64,000 nucleotides of DNA from Gemmatimonadales bacterium (GTDB lineage Bacteria; Gemmatimonadota; Gemmatimonadetes; Gemmatimonadales; GWC2-71-9). This document shows, in pieces, positions 1 to 9,646 of this stretch (its first letter is position 1; the number at the start of each line of letters is the position of its first letter). The translations under genes were made by a program, and so were the position numbers. The notes beneath the pieces were generated by a model. It searched no databases, was not told the DNA's origin, and was given only the letters and a program-made list of their open reading frames with translations. The stretch is taken from contig JBFIHA010000001.1 of assembly GCA_041602035.1 (NCBI GenBank), forward strand, positions 210,689 to 274,688, in the 5' to 3' direction.

Positions 1-762
1 CTCCACTCCCTCGTGGCGCGGTTCCTCGATCAGGTGGAGGACATACCCGTGCCGGCGATTGCGGCCATCGCTCCCCATGCCGGCCTCGTGTATTCCGGGC
101 AATGCGCGGCGCACGTGTGGGCGCGCGTTGCCCTTCCTGAAACCATCGTGATCCTGGCCCCAAACCATACCGGCCGCCTCGACAACCCCGGCGGCGCGGG
201 CGCGTGGGATCGCGGGACCTTCCAGACCCCGCTCGGCAACGTCGCGGTGGCTGAGGATTTTCTGAGTCGCCTCGAAGCGGCGTGCGACCGGGTGCGGCAC
301 GACACGTCGGCGCATCTCCGAGAGCACGCTATCGAGGTCCAGCTCCCGTTTCTCCAAGTGCTGGCCCCGGCATCGCTGCTCGCGCCGATCGTCGTTTCCT
401 GGGACCGATGGGAGCCGTCGCGCGAGCTTGGAGCCGCCCTCGCCGGCGTCGTGCGTGCCTGGCCGGACGACGTACTGCTGGTGGCCTCGTCCGACATGAC
501 CCACTACGAGTCGGCGGCGAGTGCCCAACGGAAGGACCGCATGGCGCTGGACGCGGTGGCGCAGCTGGACGGAGAGGCACTGCTCGACACCTGCCACCGC
601 GAAGGCGTGACCATGTGTGGCCGAGGGCCGGCGGCGGTGGTGCTGGAGGCCGCTCGACTGCTCGGTGCCACTGCGGCCGACCTGGTCGACTACCGCCACA
701 GCGGCATGGTCACCGGCGACGATTCCGACGTGGTGGCCTACGCGGGCGTGGTGATTCGCTGA
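1..762 (+). CDS. AmmeMemoRadiSam system protein B (MEMO1 family), 5' end cut by window edge
   Basis: The ORF 13..762 frame stays open back to nt 1 (LHSL precedes the GTG). Memo-family motifs are present: PHAGLVYSG, SSDMTHY, MCGRGP. The expected N-terminal 25-40 aa are missing. Confidence 0.8.
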   Translation, partial: LHSLVARFLDQVEDIPVPAIAAIAPHAGLVYSGQCAAHVWARVALPETIVILAPNHTGRLDNPGGAGAWDRGTFQTPLGNVAVAEDFLSRLEAACDRVRHDTSAHLREHAIEVQLPFLQVLAPASLLAPIVVSWDRWEPSRELGAALAGVVRAWPDDVLLVASSDMTHYESAASAQRKDRMALDAVAQLDGEALLDTCHREGVTMCGRGPAAVVLEAARLLGATAADLVDYRHSGMVTGDDSDVVAYAGVVIR

Positions 763-764
763 GG

Positions 765-2666
765 CTAGGGCCTGGGCGGTAGGGCCAGCTCCACGTACGT
801 GGCCGGGTTGGCCGGATAGTTTCGTCGGGACAAGGAACTGAAGGTTCGTCCGTCCGCCCCGCGTTGGGCTGTGGTGAGGCTGAGCCGAGCCCGACTCCCG
901 GCTACTGGGATGGCGAGTTCAACTGCCCATCCGCTCCGCGTCACGCTCACGGCCCGCCGGACGCTGGCGGCACCGGTGGTGTCGGGCCTCCCCAGTGACG
1001 TGAGCAGGAACTCTGACCATGTAAGGTTGCGGTTGTCGGCCAGGAACTTGGCCATGAACCCGTGTACGCCGAGCCTGCCCACCCACTCGGCGTGTTCGGA
1101 CCCTGCGGCCGGTGCGAGCAGGAGCACCAGGTCGTCCGGTTCGAGCCCCGTCCGCGGCCGCTCGGGGTCGTGCTGGATGATGACGGCCACATGGTCGCGC
1201 TCACCGATGCGATTCCCGACCTCCGCGCGCGCGCCCCCCGGAACCTGGATGGCGACATACAGCGTGTCAGCGTGCGTTCCAAGAGCGACCTGCGGTCTCT
1301 CGGCGCTGCCGGCGGCACCAGAGGTAGGGCGCCAGGCGCGGCGCGGCCACTCACCAACGCGCCCGTCGAGTGTTGGGGGGGATTCTAGCGGTGTGACCTC
1401 CACTCGATCCAGCTCCGCTCGGTACCGGATCACGCCGTTGCGGATCTCGTTCAGCGGATCACGCTCGATCTCGGCAAGGCGCTCGGCGGTTCGGGTCACG
1501 ACAGACCGCAGCTCTGCCACCAAGGGCACCAGGTTCGGTGTGGTGGCCGCAGCCGAATCGAGTCGGGTGAGCGCCTGCCGCAACTCGGTGAGCCCGCTGG
1601 AAACCGCATCGCGATCGATAGGTGCGCCCGGCATGAACAGGGGCTCGAACAGGTTCGTGTCCCACCAGTAGTCGCCGTAGATCCGCACGAAGGGGTCCAG
1701 CAATCCCGCCGCCGACCCGTACAGACGCTCCAGCGCCTGTTGCAGGGCACGGCCGGGGTCGTAGCCGCGAGGGTCACGGACATACTCGGCGAGCGTGGCG
1801 AGCGGGATCATCGAGGCGTGAGCCTCGTTCATGGGGTTGGAGAGGATCCCCATGGCTTCCAGCGGCAAATCAGGCGCCCGTCCGAGCACGGGACCGAGAA
1901 ACAGCCGCCACCGCGCGAAGTCGTTGACCGGGTAGTTGTCCCAGACGAGGGGCGGCCGTCCCATCAACGCACGCCACGACGCCGCCTGCCCGGCGGTGAT
2001 GGTCACCGACGCCACGTCGGGACCTGTCCAGAAGAACGGCACGTCGAGTGGCACCAACTCGCCCAGCCGCTCGAGGTAGGTCCGGTCCCCCCACGCTGCG
2101 GTGTACGTGGTGGGCGTGACGCTGAGCGTCGCGCCCGTCGGCTCCAGGTAGTCCTGCATCGCGACGATCAGCGACGCGTGCGCGTCGGCGAGATTCGCAT
2201 ACCGGAGTCGATCCTGGTCGTGGCTCAGCACATAGGGCACATCATCGACGAACAGCGCGAAGTGCCGGACGCCGACGGACGCCAGTTGGTCGAGTTTGCG
2301 GAACAGTCGCTGCCGATCCGTGGAGTCGCTGTAGACCATACCACCACCCGGGCTGATCGCGAACACAAACGCCACGCCGTGGTCGGTCGCGGTCGCCACC
2401 AGAGTCCGCAGGCGTTCGAGACGGTCCGGTGGGTAGGGATCGTGCCATTGTGTGCGATGGTACGGGTCGTTCTTCGGGGCATAGTAGTAGTGGCCGAGCC
2501 CCACCGATCCCATGAACCGCAGCATGTCGAGGCGATCGTCGTGAGACCACGGAGGGCCGTAGAACCCCTCGACCACCCCGGACGAACTGAACGCCGCATC
2601 CGACTGGGCGTAACCGTTGCAGTTCGTGAGTGTCATGGCCAGGACGGCCGTGCAGAGCCAACGCAT
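765..2666 (-). CDS. GH84 beta-N-acetylglucosaminidase (O-GlcNAcase-like) with C-terminal CBM9-like region
   Basis: 633-aa ORF with an N-terminal signal or lipobox-like sequence (LTNC). Motifs include GVVEGFYGPPWSHDDRLDMLRFMG and YYYAPKNDPYHR. The catalytic pair lies in FALFVDDV, followed by WDNYPVND. The C-terminal 170 aa carry LDGRVGEW...LYVAIQV, which resembles CBM9. Confidence 0.8.
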   Translation of the reverse strand: MRWLCTAVLAMTLTNCNGYAQSDAAFSSSGVVEGFYGPPWSHDDRLDMLRFMGSVGLGHYYYAPKNDPYHRTQWHDPYPPDRLERLRTLVATATDHGVAFVFAISPGGGMVYSDSTDRQRLFRKLDQLASVGVRHFALFVDDVPYVLSHDQDRLRYANLADAHASLIVAMQDYLEPTGATLSVTPTTYTAAWGDRTYLERLGELVPLDVPFFWTGPDVASVTITAGQAASWRALMGRPPLVWDNYPVNDFARWRLFLGPVLGRAPDLPLEAMGILSNPMNEAHASMIPLATLAEYVRDPRGYDPGRALQQALERLYGSAAGLLDPFVRIYGDYWWDTNLFEPLFMPGAPIDRDAVSSGLTELRQALTRLDSAAATTPNLVPLVAELRSVVTRTAERLAEIERDPLNEIRNGVIRYRAELDRVEVTPLESPPTLDGRVGEWPRRAWRPTSGAAGSAERPQVALGTHADTLYVAIQVPGGARAEVGNRIGERDHVAVIIQHDPERPRTGLEPDDLVLLLAPAAGSEHAEWVGRLGVHGFMAKFLADNRNLTWSEFLLTSLGRPDTTGAASVRRAVSVTRSGWAVELAIPVAGSRARLSLTTAQRGADGRTFSSLSRRNYPANPATYVELALPPRP

Positions 2667-2775
2667 GATTGGAAATATCCGGTGAGGTGACAGGACGCGA
2701 TAGCCCGGTCAGAACAGCCTGGGTAGCTTTCCACTCGTCCGCAGGCCGAGGGTCGTTCACTTGGGGAGGTGGTGT

Positions 2776-3933
2776 GTGGCTGCCGTGACGCCCGCGTCGA
2801 TCAAACCGCTCCAGCCACCGCAGCGTCTGCTTATGGGTCCAGGTCCGTCCAATCCCGATCCGCGGGTGCTCGAGGCGATGGCGCATCCTATGGTGGGTCA
2901 CCTCGACCCGTACTTCCTCGAGGTGATGGACGAGACGATGCGGATGCTGCGCCACCTGTATCGAACCGAGAATCACCACACCATCCCCATGTCCGGCACG
3001 GGGACGTCCGGCCTCGAAGCGATCATGCTGAACCTGCTGGAGCCGGGTGACGAGGCGATCGTCGGCGTGATCGGCTACTTCGGGCAGCGGTTGCACGAGA
3101 TGGCGCGGCGGGCGGGGGCGGTGGTTCGCACCGTCGAGGCGCCCTATGGGGAGACCATATCCCCCGAACGGGTCGAAGCGGAGCTCCAGCGTCGGCCGGC
3201 CAAGCTCGTGGCACTCGTCCACGCGGAGACGTCGACCGGCGCCGCTCAGCCGGTTGCCCCCGTTGCCGAGATCGCGCGACGCCACGGTGCACTCGTCGCG
3301 ATCGACTGTGTAACGTCGCTCGGCGGAATGCCGGTCGACATCGACGAGTGGGAGATCGATGCAGCCGGGTCGTGCTCGCAGAAGTGCATTGGCGCGCCCC
3401 CCGGGCTCGGCCCGGTCACGTTCGGACCGCGTGCGATGGAGGCGGTGCGCGTTCGGAAGGCGCCGCCACCGACCTGGTACCTCGACTTGAGTCTCCTGTT
3501 TCGGTATTGGGGCGAACACGGCACGGCGAAACAGCGGGCCTTCCATCACACGGCTCCGGTGTCGAGCATCTACGCATTCCGCGAGGCCCTGCGGTTGATT
3601 CTGGAGGAGGGCGTGGAGGCGCGGTGGGCCCGCCACCTCGCGGCGCACGAGCGCTTTGCCGCCGGCGTGCAGCGCTTGGGCCTGTCGTTCTTCACGCCCA
3701 TAGAGCATCGCCTCCCGATGCTCAATGTGATTGCCATTCCGGACGGCGTGGAGGACGCGGCGGTGCGGCGCGGGTTGCTTGATCGTGGGATCGAGATGGC
3801 TGGAGGATTCGGCCCGCTTCAGGGCAAGACGTGGCGGGTTGGGCTCATGGGCACCAACGCGGATCCGGGCCGCATCGACCGATTTCTCGATGCGCTCGAA
3901 GACGTTCTGCGGGCGGAGGGCTTCCGGAGCTGA
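2776..3933 (+). CDS. class V aminotransferase (serine-pyruvate / alanine-glyoxylate aminotransferase family)
   Basis: LLMGPGPSNPDPRVLEAMA N-terminus; the family pattern is recognisable throughout. The start is moved to GTG 2776, 6 nt after a GGAGG at 2765-2769. The TTG at 2761 is the alternative. Confidence 0.85.
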   Translation: MAAVTPASIKPLQPPQRLLMGPGPSNPDPRVLEAMAHPMVGHLDPYFLEVMDETMRMLRHLYRTENHHTIPMSGTGTSGLEAIMLNLLEPGDEAIVGVIGYFGQRLHEMARRAGAVVRTVEAPYGETISPERVEAELQRRPAKLVALVHAETSTGAAQPVAPVAEIARRHGALVAIDCVTSLGGMPVDIDEWEIDAAGSCSQKCIGAPPGLGPVTFGPRAMEAVRVRKAPPPTWYLDLSLLFRYWGEHGTAKQRAFHHTAPVSSIYAFREALRLILEEGVEARWARHLAAHERFAAGVQRLGLSFFTPIEHRLPMLNVIAIPDGVEDAAVRRGLLDRGIEMAGGFGPLQGKTWRVGLMGTNADPGRIDRFLDALEDVLRAEGFRS

Positions 3934-3936
3934 TGC

Positions 3937-4842
3937 TCAGTGCTCCTCGCGGGCGGCGACGATAGCAACCCAGCGGCCATCGCCGCTCACGGCGATGCGG
4001 CTGATCTCCGTGATGCCGAAGTGCCCGAGGTCGGCGATTCGCACCCAGCCGTGACCGCCCTCGCGCCACCGAAAGACTACGGATCCCTCTCCCATGAGCA
4101 TCGAGCCGTCCGGAGTCCACGCGAAGTACTCGTTTTGGCCCACCGGGCGGGTGAGGACACGAACCGCTCCGGATTCGAGGTGGCGCTCCACGATCCAGGG
4201 ACCGTCGGCGCCGCGCTGGAGGAAGCTCACCGCTGGGCGCCTCGGCACCTTGTGGAGCGACCGCCCGACGTCGGTCGTCACCACGGCCGTCCGTCCGGTC
4301 CGTACGTCGGCCATCTGGAGCGTCGGTGGCGTACCGAGTACGAAGAGTGCCACCCGGTCGCGGTCCATCCATGCGTGGTAGCCTACCGGTGCCACCCGTT
4401 CCAGGACGAGGGTGGGATTGCCGCCGTCCAGATCGAACTGCCACAAACGCTGAGTCGAGTCCCGCTCGACGCGCACCGCCGAGAAGCTGGTTCCGCCGGG
4501 CATGACCGTCGGTGAGTACTCGCTCTCGGGCGTGGACGTGACGCGCGTGACCGATCCGGTGGCGATGTCGTACCGATAGGTGTCTGCCTGCCCGTCATCG
4601 CGAATGGACGTGTAGAGCACGCTCCCGTGATCGGGGGTGAACGACGGTTGGTTGTCGTATCCGGACCGATCGGTCACGCGCCGTGGCGTACTCAGTCGCC
4701 GGGCCGATTCGGTTCCCGACACGGCAAACAGGAAGATATCGGTGCCGGGCGGCGCCTGGCCCATGGCCGGTGTCGCGGCGCACAGTAGCACCGTCGCCGA
4801 CGCGGCGACCCACAAGGCACTGCGAACATCGTGAGGCGTCAT
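3937..4842 (-). CDS. TolB-like periplasmic beta-propeller protein
   Basis: Start at the internal Met (MTPHDVRSALWVAASATVLLCAATPAMGQ), which gives a signal peptide. DNQPSFTPDGS-type WD40-like repeats are present, as in DNQPSFTPDHGSVLYTS and SEYSPTVMPGG. Confidence 0.6.
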   Translation of the reverse strand: MTPHDVRSALWVAASATVLLCAATPAMGQAPPGTDIFLFAVSGTESARRLSTPRRVTDRSGYDNQPSFTPDHGSVLYTSIRDDGQADTYRYDIATGSVTRVTSTPESEYSPTVMPGGTSFSAVRVERDSTQRLWQFDLDGGNPTLVLERVAPVGYHAWMDRDRVALFVLGTPPTLQMADVRTGRTAVVTTDVGRSLHKVPRRPAVSFLQRGADGPWIVERHLESGAVRVLTRPVGQNEYFAWTPDGSMLMGEGSVVFRWREGGHGWVRIADLGHFGITEISRIAVSGDGRWVAIVAAREEH

Positions 4843-4844
4843 GC

Positions 4845-5294
4845 TCACACTCCAAACTGCGTCAGATGGTGATCGACGTGGGCAAACGCCAGCATCGCCC
4901 ACTCCCGCCCCGACAGCGGCCCGGCCACCGGGTTCGGCGGCCACGTCGGGCGGTCACGACGCGTGGCGAACTCCTCGACGGCGTCCCGCAACCGGGTCAG
5001 GTCGTCGGCAAACGCGCCCGGGTCCGTGCGTTTGAGCTCTGGCAACGTGCGTGCCCCCCGCGGGTAGCGGAATGGCCAGTGCACGAGTATGGGTCGCATG
5101 ACGGGTTGGAGCCACCGCGGGAACGCCGGTCGTGCGGCGGCACGACCCAACGCCACATCGAAATAGTCCCTGAGATGACAGACCATCTGTCCGACGGACA
5201 TCGCACCCCACTGTGGACGGAGATCGGGGTGCAGGCGATCGAGGCGTGCCAGGATGTCCCGGTGGTCGGATGGGTCGAACAGCGAACGAGGCAT
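4845..5294 (-). CDS. DinB-superfamily / DUF1569-like protein
   Basis: Only the C-terminal 149 aa of ORF 4845..5726 look real (MPRSLFDPSDHRDILARL...). The DinB-like C-terminal His cluster AHVDHHLTQF is present. The stop lies 2 nt before the downstream TolB-like start. Confidence 0.6.
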   Translation of the reverse strand: MPRSLFDPSDHRDILARLDRLHPDLRPQWGAMSVGQMVCHLRDYFDVALGRAAARPAFPRWLQPVMRPILVHWPFRYPRGARTLPELKRTDPGAFADDLTRLRDAVEEFATRRDRPTWPPNPVAGPLSGREWAMLAFAHVDHHLTQFGV

Positions 5295-5378
5295 GTGGTC
5301 TCCGCGGAGCTTGCCGGTCACACGCGTTTGACGTATTGGTGTCGGCAATCGCCAGCCACCCACGACCCCGAGGATCCC

Positions 5379-5741
5379 ATGATCACTCCCGCCCGGCCCG
5401 CCGTGCTCCTGCGCCTCGACGGCCTCGCCGTCGCCATGGTCGCGGTGTTTCTTTACCGCGAGTTGGGGGCGAGCTGGTGGCTGTTTGCCGGCCTGTTCCT
5501 CGCCCCGGATATCGCGTTTCTCGCCTACCTCGTCAACCGCACCACCGGTGCCGCAGCGTACAACGCGCTCCACACGTACCTGATCCCCGCGGTGGGGTTC
5601 CTGCTCGGGCTGCGAATGCAGCACGCGCCGCTGATGGCGATTGGGCTCGTGTGGCTGGCGCACATCGGGGTGGATCGCGTGTTGGGGTTTGGGCTGAAAT
5701 ACCCCGAGGGGTTTCGCGTCACCCACCTGCAGAAGTGCTGA
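5379..5741 (+). CDS. DUF4260-like small integral membrane protein
   Basis: ATG at 5379 lies inside ORF 4683..5741. The product is 120 aa with 4 hydrophobic helices (MITPARPAVLLRLDGLAVAMVAVFLY...). The upstream part of the ORF is antisense to the DinB-like gene. Confidence 0.6.
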   Translation: MITPARPAVLLRLDGLAVAMVAVFLYRELGASWWLFAGLFLAPDIAFLAYLVNRTTGAAAYNALHTYLIPAVGFLLGLRMQHAPLMAIGLVWLAHIGVDRVLGFGLKYPEGFRVTHLQKC

Positions 5742-5779
5742 CTCGGCAGCCGGGGAGTGGTACGTCTCGACTGCCGAGT
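5741..5779. terminator. inverted repeat between convergent genes (ACTCGGCAG...CTGCCGAGT)
   Basis: Perfect 9-bp arms at 5741-5749 and 5771-5779 with a 21-nt loop. It lies between the DUF4260 stop and the M1 peptidase stop. There is no U-tract. Confidence 0.35.
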
Positions 5780-5798
5780 CACCGGTGGGGCCTGGGCC

Positions 5799-7757
5799 CT
5801 ACTTCCGCTCCCACACGTTGTTGTCCCGATTGACATCGGGGAACCACTGGTCGGCGTCGATCTCCACCTTGGTCACCGCGGACGGTGTCTTGACCACGAT
5901 ATCCGCGGTCCGAGCACCGGAGAGCCACCGCTCAACCGGGATCTCCGCCTGCACGGTCTGGCCGTCGGCGAGGGTGAGCGTCAGCCGCACCGGCATCGGG
6001 GAGAGTCCGAGGTCCGTCACGACGATGCGGGTCCCGTTTCGCTCCAGCTTCACGTCCGTGATCGACTGATCGAGCGTCCAGGTCTCGTAGTACCACGCCC
6101 GCCAGAACCAGTCCAGGGTCCGTCCGCTCACGTCGTTGAACGTGTTGAAGAGGTCCCACGGCTTGGGGTGCTTGTACGCCCACCGCTGGATGAAGGCGCG
6201 GTAGGCTGCGAGGAACGTCTCTTCACCCAGTAATCCCCGCAGCGTCCACAAGAGTGCGGCTGGCTTACTGTAGGACGCCGTGCCGTAGGCCGCACCGTTG
6301 TAGTGGTAGTCCGAGAGCCGCATGATCTCGCCCTCGAGGTCGGTGCGCGTGATCTGCATGTACCCGCCGTAGTTACCCAGCTCCCATCGCTGCCCGGGAT
6401 AGAACTCGTTCATCGCGGCGCTGGTGTTGAACGAGGTCGTGCCCTCGTCCATCCAGGCCGCACGACGCTCGTCGTTGCCGACGATCATCGGCACCCACAT
6501 GTGGGCCAGCTCGTGCGCGTGCACGCCGTACAGCGACGTGTCACTGCGCTCGTTGTAGTCACCGATGAGCGTCATCATGGGGTACTCCATCCCACCGCCC
6601 ATGATCCCTCCGCCTTCCACGGACGTCATGTGCGGGTACGGGTAAGGCAGGCCGGTCCAGCGTGACAGAAAGTCGATCGAATGCTGCGCGTAGCGCCACG
6701 CGTGCTGCCACCGGGGCGCGGACTCGCGCCAGATGGTGTTCACTACTGCGTAATCGGTTACGCCGTCGCCGTCGCGGTCGCCCACGGGGGTCCGCGCGGC
6801 ATCCCACCGCGATTCGCGGGACAGGCTGTAGGCGACATCACGCACCGAGTCCGCTATGAAGCGCCACGGCAGCCGACCGGTCGATGCGGGTGCGGTCGCG
6901 TTGCCGGGTCCGAAGTCGGTGGGCGTGATCACGTGTACCACCGTGTCGCTTTGCGCCGCGCGTCCCAGCCGGTCCACGATCGGTGCGGGAAGCACCGCGC
7001 TCGCGTTCGCGAGCGTCCCGGTGCCGACCGCGATCCAGCCCGCGGGGAGGTCCAGCGTGACGTCGTAGTTGCCATACCCCATGTAGAACTCGGCTTGGCC
7101 GAGGAACTGGTCGGTCTGCCATCCGACCACGTCGTCGAACACAGCCATCTGCGGATACCAGTAAGCGAGATAGAAGAAGTTGTCGGCGTTCCACCCCATG
7201 CGGCTCCCGGCGCCTTGCTGAGGAATCGTGAAGCCGAAGTCGATCTCGACGGTGGCCGAGTCACCGGACTGGAGCGCTCGGGGGAGCCGAACCTGGGCCA
7301 CGGTCCCGAAGGTCAGGTAGCCGCCGCCCATCGCCCCTCGGCGGGCCTCGGTGAGCTCCTCTCCATTTGCCACGACACGTTTGAGTTCCATACCGCCCGT
7401 GACTTCAGCGGGTCGGTTCCGCACGGCCCCCTCGGCATGGACGTTCTGCAGGAGTTGGAGCACCAGGAAAGGCAGGGCGCGAGGCGATCGGTTGTGATAC
7501 ACCATCCGCACCGTTCCGTCGATCCGCTTGGCCTCCGGATCGAGGCTCGCTTTGATCGTGTAGTTCGTCCACTGCTGCCAGTAGTTGGGACCCGGGGCCC
7601 CGGTGGTGCTCCGGGTCCCGGCTTCCAGCGCGCGTTCGAACGCGCGGTCCACGGTGACGGGGTAGGGGATGGGCCGACGCGGGGCGTCTTGGCCGGCGAG
7701 CGGTGTAGCAATCACCGTGGCCATGAGCAGCGCCGCGGCGGTCGGCATGCGTGGCAT
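5799..7757 (-). CDS. M1-family zinc metallopeptidase (aminopeptidase N-like), secreted
   Basis: Signal peptide MPRMPTAAALLMATVIATPLAGQ. Zinc motif HELAHMW followed by WMDEG (HExxH-x18-E pattern). Confidence 0.85.
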   Translation of the reverse strand: MPRMPTAAALLMATVIATPLAGQDAPRRPIPYPVTVDRAFERALEAGTRSTTGAPGPNYWQQWTNYTIKASLDPEAKRIDGTVRMVYHNRSPRALPFLVLQLLQNVHAEGAVRNRPAEVTGGMELKRVVANGEELTEARRGAMGGGYLTFGTVAQVRLPRALQSGDSATVEIDFGFTIPQQGAGSRMGWNADNFFYLAYWYPQMAVFDDVVGWQTDQFLGQAEFYMGYGNYDVTLDLPAGWIAVGTGTLANASAVLPAPIVDRLGRAAQSDTVVHVITPTDFGPGNATAPASTGRLPWRFIADSVRDVAYSLSRESRWDAARTPVGDRDGDGVTDYAVVNTIWRESAPRWQHAWRYAQHSIDFLSRWTGLPYPYPHMTSVEGGGIMGGGMEYPMMTLIGDYNERSDTSLYGVHAHELAHMWVPMIVGNDERRAAWMDEGTTSFNTSAAMNEFYPGQRWELGNYGGYMQITRTDLEGEIMRLSDYHYNGAAYGTASYSKPAALLWTLRGLLGEETFLAAYRAFIQRWAYKHPKPWDLFNTFNDVSGRTLDWFWRAWYYETWTLDQSITDVKLERNGTRIVVTDLGLSPMPVRLTLTLADGQTVQAEIPVERWLSGARTADIVVKTPSAVTKVEIDADQWFPDVNRDNNVWERK

Positions 7758-7930
7758 CGGGCAGTCTCCCGTTCACGAGGATGGTTGCGACGAATGGCGT
7801 GCGCTTGCTACCCCGGCATCGACGTCTCGGTCCGGCGCCGGAGACCGTGCAGGCTAACGTGCGTGCCGTACGTGTGGCAAGGCACGGACCCGTGTATCTT
7901 GACGGCGAATCCTCTGCGAGAGTTTCAGCC

Positions 7931-9070
7931 ATGCGGGTCGTGGTCCTGGGTGCGGGACGGGTGGGGCGGGCGATGGCCGTGGATCTGGCGGCCTCGGGGT
8001 TCGCGGTCACGGCGGCCGATCGCGATCCTGCGGCGCTCGCGGTGCTGGCGGCTCGCGGCATCGAGACGGTCACCGCCGACGTCGGCGATCGGGACGCGGT
8101 CGGCGAGCTGGTCGCTCGGTGCGAGTTGGTGGTGGGTGCGGTGCCAGCGGCGCTCGGGTACTCAACGCTCGAGACGGTCATCGCCGCCGGCCGGTCAATC
8201 GTCGACATCTCGTTCTTCGAGCAGAATCCCTTCGACCTCGACGCCCTCGCCCGTGAGCGCGGCGTGGTGGCGGTGGTCGATGCCGGTGTGGCGCCGGGGC
8301 TGAGCAACGCTATCTACGGCCATCTGGCGGATCGGTTCGACCGCGTGGATCGGTTCACATGCTACGTGGGTGGTCTCCCGGCGGTGCCGTCAGGGCTCAT
8401 GCGCTACAAAGCGCCCTTCTCTCCAGCCGACGTCATCGAGTTGTACACACGTCCCGCGCGGTACCGGAGCGGCGGCATGCTCGTTACCGCGCCTGCGCTC
8501 TCGGACATCACGCCCCTCGAGGTACCGGGTGTCGGCCCACTCGAGGCCTTCCTCACCGACGGCCTCCGGTCGTTGCTGCGGGAAGAGCACGTCCCGGAAA
8601 TGCGAGAAATGACGCTCCGTTATCCGGGACACGCTCGGCAGATCCTCCTGCTCAGGGAGCTGGGCCTGTTCGGCACGGCACCGCTGGCCGTCGGGTCGAT
8701 CCGGGTCCCGCCCCGCGATGTGGCGGCCGCGCTCTTGTTTCCGCTGTGGGAGTTTGCGCCGGGGGAGCCGGATCTTACGGTGCTCCGCGTGGAAGTGGAC
8801 GTGGCCCGCGGTGGATCGACGGAGCGGATCACCTACGACATGCTCGATCACTACGACGCCCAATCCGGCACCAGCTCGATGGCGCGCACCACGGGATTCA
8901 TGGGCACGGCGATCCTCCACCTCGTGGCGGACGGGACCTTCGCGCGGCTGGGGGTGTCGGCGCCCGAAGATGTGGGGCGGGCCGAGGGATGCTTCGATCG
9001 GGTCCGGCACTACCTCGAGGCGCGCGGGGTGCGGCTCACCGAGATCCGGGCGCCGCTCCCCCCGGTCTGA
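7931..9070 (+). CDS. saccharopine dehydrogenase-family NAD(P)-binding oxidoreductase
   Basis: The internal ATG gives the Rossmann N-terminus MRVVVLGAGRVGRAMA. The upstream 60 codons of ORF 7751..9070 overlap the peptidase promoter region. Confidence 0.75.
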   Translation: MRVVVLGAGRVGRAMAVDLAASGFAVTAADRDPAALAVLAARGIETVTADVGDRDAVGELVARCELVVGAVPAALGYSTLETVIAAGRSIVDISFFEQNPFDLDALARERGVVAVVDAGVAPGLSNAIYGHLADRFDRVDRFTCYVGGLPAVPSGLMRYKAPFSPADVIELYTRPARYRSGGMLVTAPALSDITPLEVPGVGPLEAFLTDGLRSLLREEHVPEMREMTLRYPGHARQILLLRELGLFGTAPLAVGSIRVPPRDVAAALLFPLWEFAPGEPDLTVLRVEVDVARGGSTERITYDMLDHYDAQSGTSSMARTTGFMGTAILHLVADGTFARLGVSAPEDVGRAEGCFDRVRHYLEARGVRLTEIRAPLPPV

Positions 9071-9080
9071 GTGTCGGGCG

Positions 9081-9506
9081 TTAGCCGCCGGACGGGCGAC
9101 GGCCACCGCGCATGGCCACGGAGGGCTTGGGCAGCGCGTCGAGCTTTGCCCGCTGCGGTTCCGTCAGTAGCGTCTGGATGACCGTGTAGTGTTCGTCGAT
9201 CGTCTGCTGCATGGTGGTGAACTGCTCACGCATCGCCATGAACTGCTCTCGCGCTTCCGGTGACGGAGGGCCTCCACCCATCGCCTGACGCATGGCGGCG
9301 CGCTGCTCGGCCGCTTCCTTCATCACGGCGTTGATCTTCGCATACGGGGCGGCGGCGGTCTTCTGCTGCTCGGGTGTGAGCGACAGCTCCTGGACCAACG
9401 AGTCCATCGTGAGCCAATGGTCGGCTGGTGGTGTCGGTCGCTGGGCGTGCGCCACCGCCGCGAACGCCGCCGTCAGGAGCGCCACGGAGAGCACCATCTT
9501 CCGCAT
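9081..9506 (-). CDS. Spy/CpxP-family periplasmic protein (LTxxQ motifs)
   Basis: Signal peptide MRKMVLSVALLTAAFAAVAHA. The mature part is all-helical with LTPEQQ and LTEPQRAKL motifs. Confidence 0.6.
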   Translation of the reverse strand: MRKMVLSVALLTAAFAAVAHAQRPTPPADHWLTMDSLVQELSLTPEQQKTAAAPYAKINAVMKEAAEQRAAMRQAMGGGPPSPEAREQFMAMREQFTTMQQTIDEHYTVIQTLLTEPQRAKLDALPKPSVAMRGGRRPSGG

Positions 9507-9646
9507 CAGGGAACCTCCGGTTCAGAGCCTGGGTACCGCGACATATATTGGAGTACGCCGGACGCCGCCCAGTCGTTGAGCCTCGGGGTGACCGACACGG
9601 CGGTCCGGGTGGGGCGTGCGGCGGGTGAGATGACTGGGAGGTCGGT

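Noticed and set aside
2242-3708. 488-aa minus-strand ORF. Similar cases are 6681..8303 (+), 7405..8307 (-), 40121..41725 (-), 42216..43547 (-), 52321..53793 (+) and 53522..54628 (-)
   Set aside because: All of them overlap genes with strong homology-type motifs on the other strand or in another frame. All have Arg/Pro/Gly-dominated sequences.
4683-5378. N-terminal 232 codons of the 352-aa + strand ORF. Analogous long N-terminal extensions occur in ORFs 11148.., 20860..22170, 47965..49080, 43484.., 46604.. and 56856..
   Set aside because: The extensions overlap the neighbouring genes and lack family similarity. Internal starts give signal peptides or canonical N-termini and produce ATGA/GTGA/TGATG coupling with the upstream stop.
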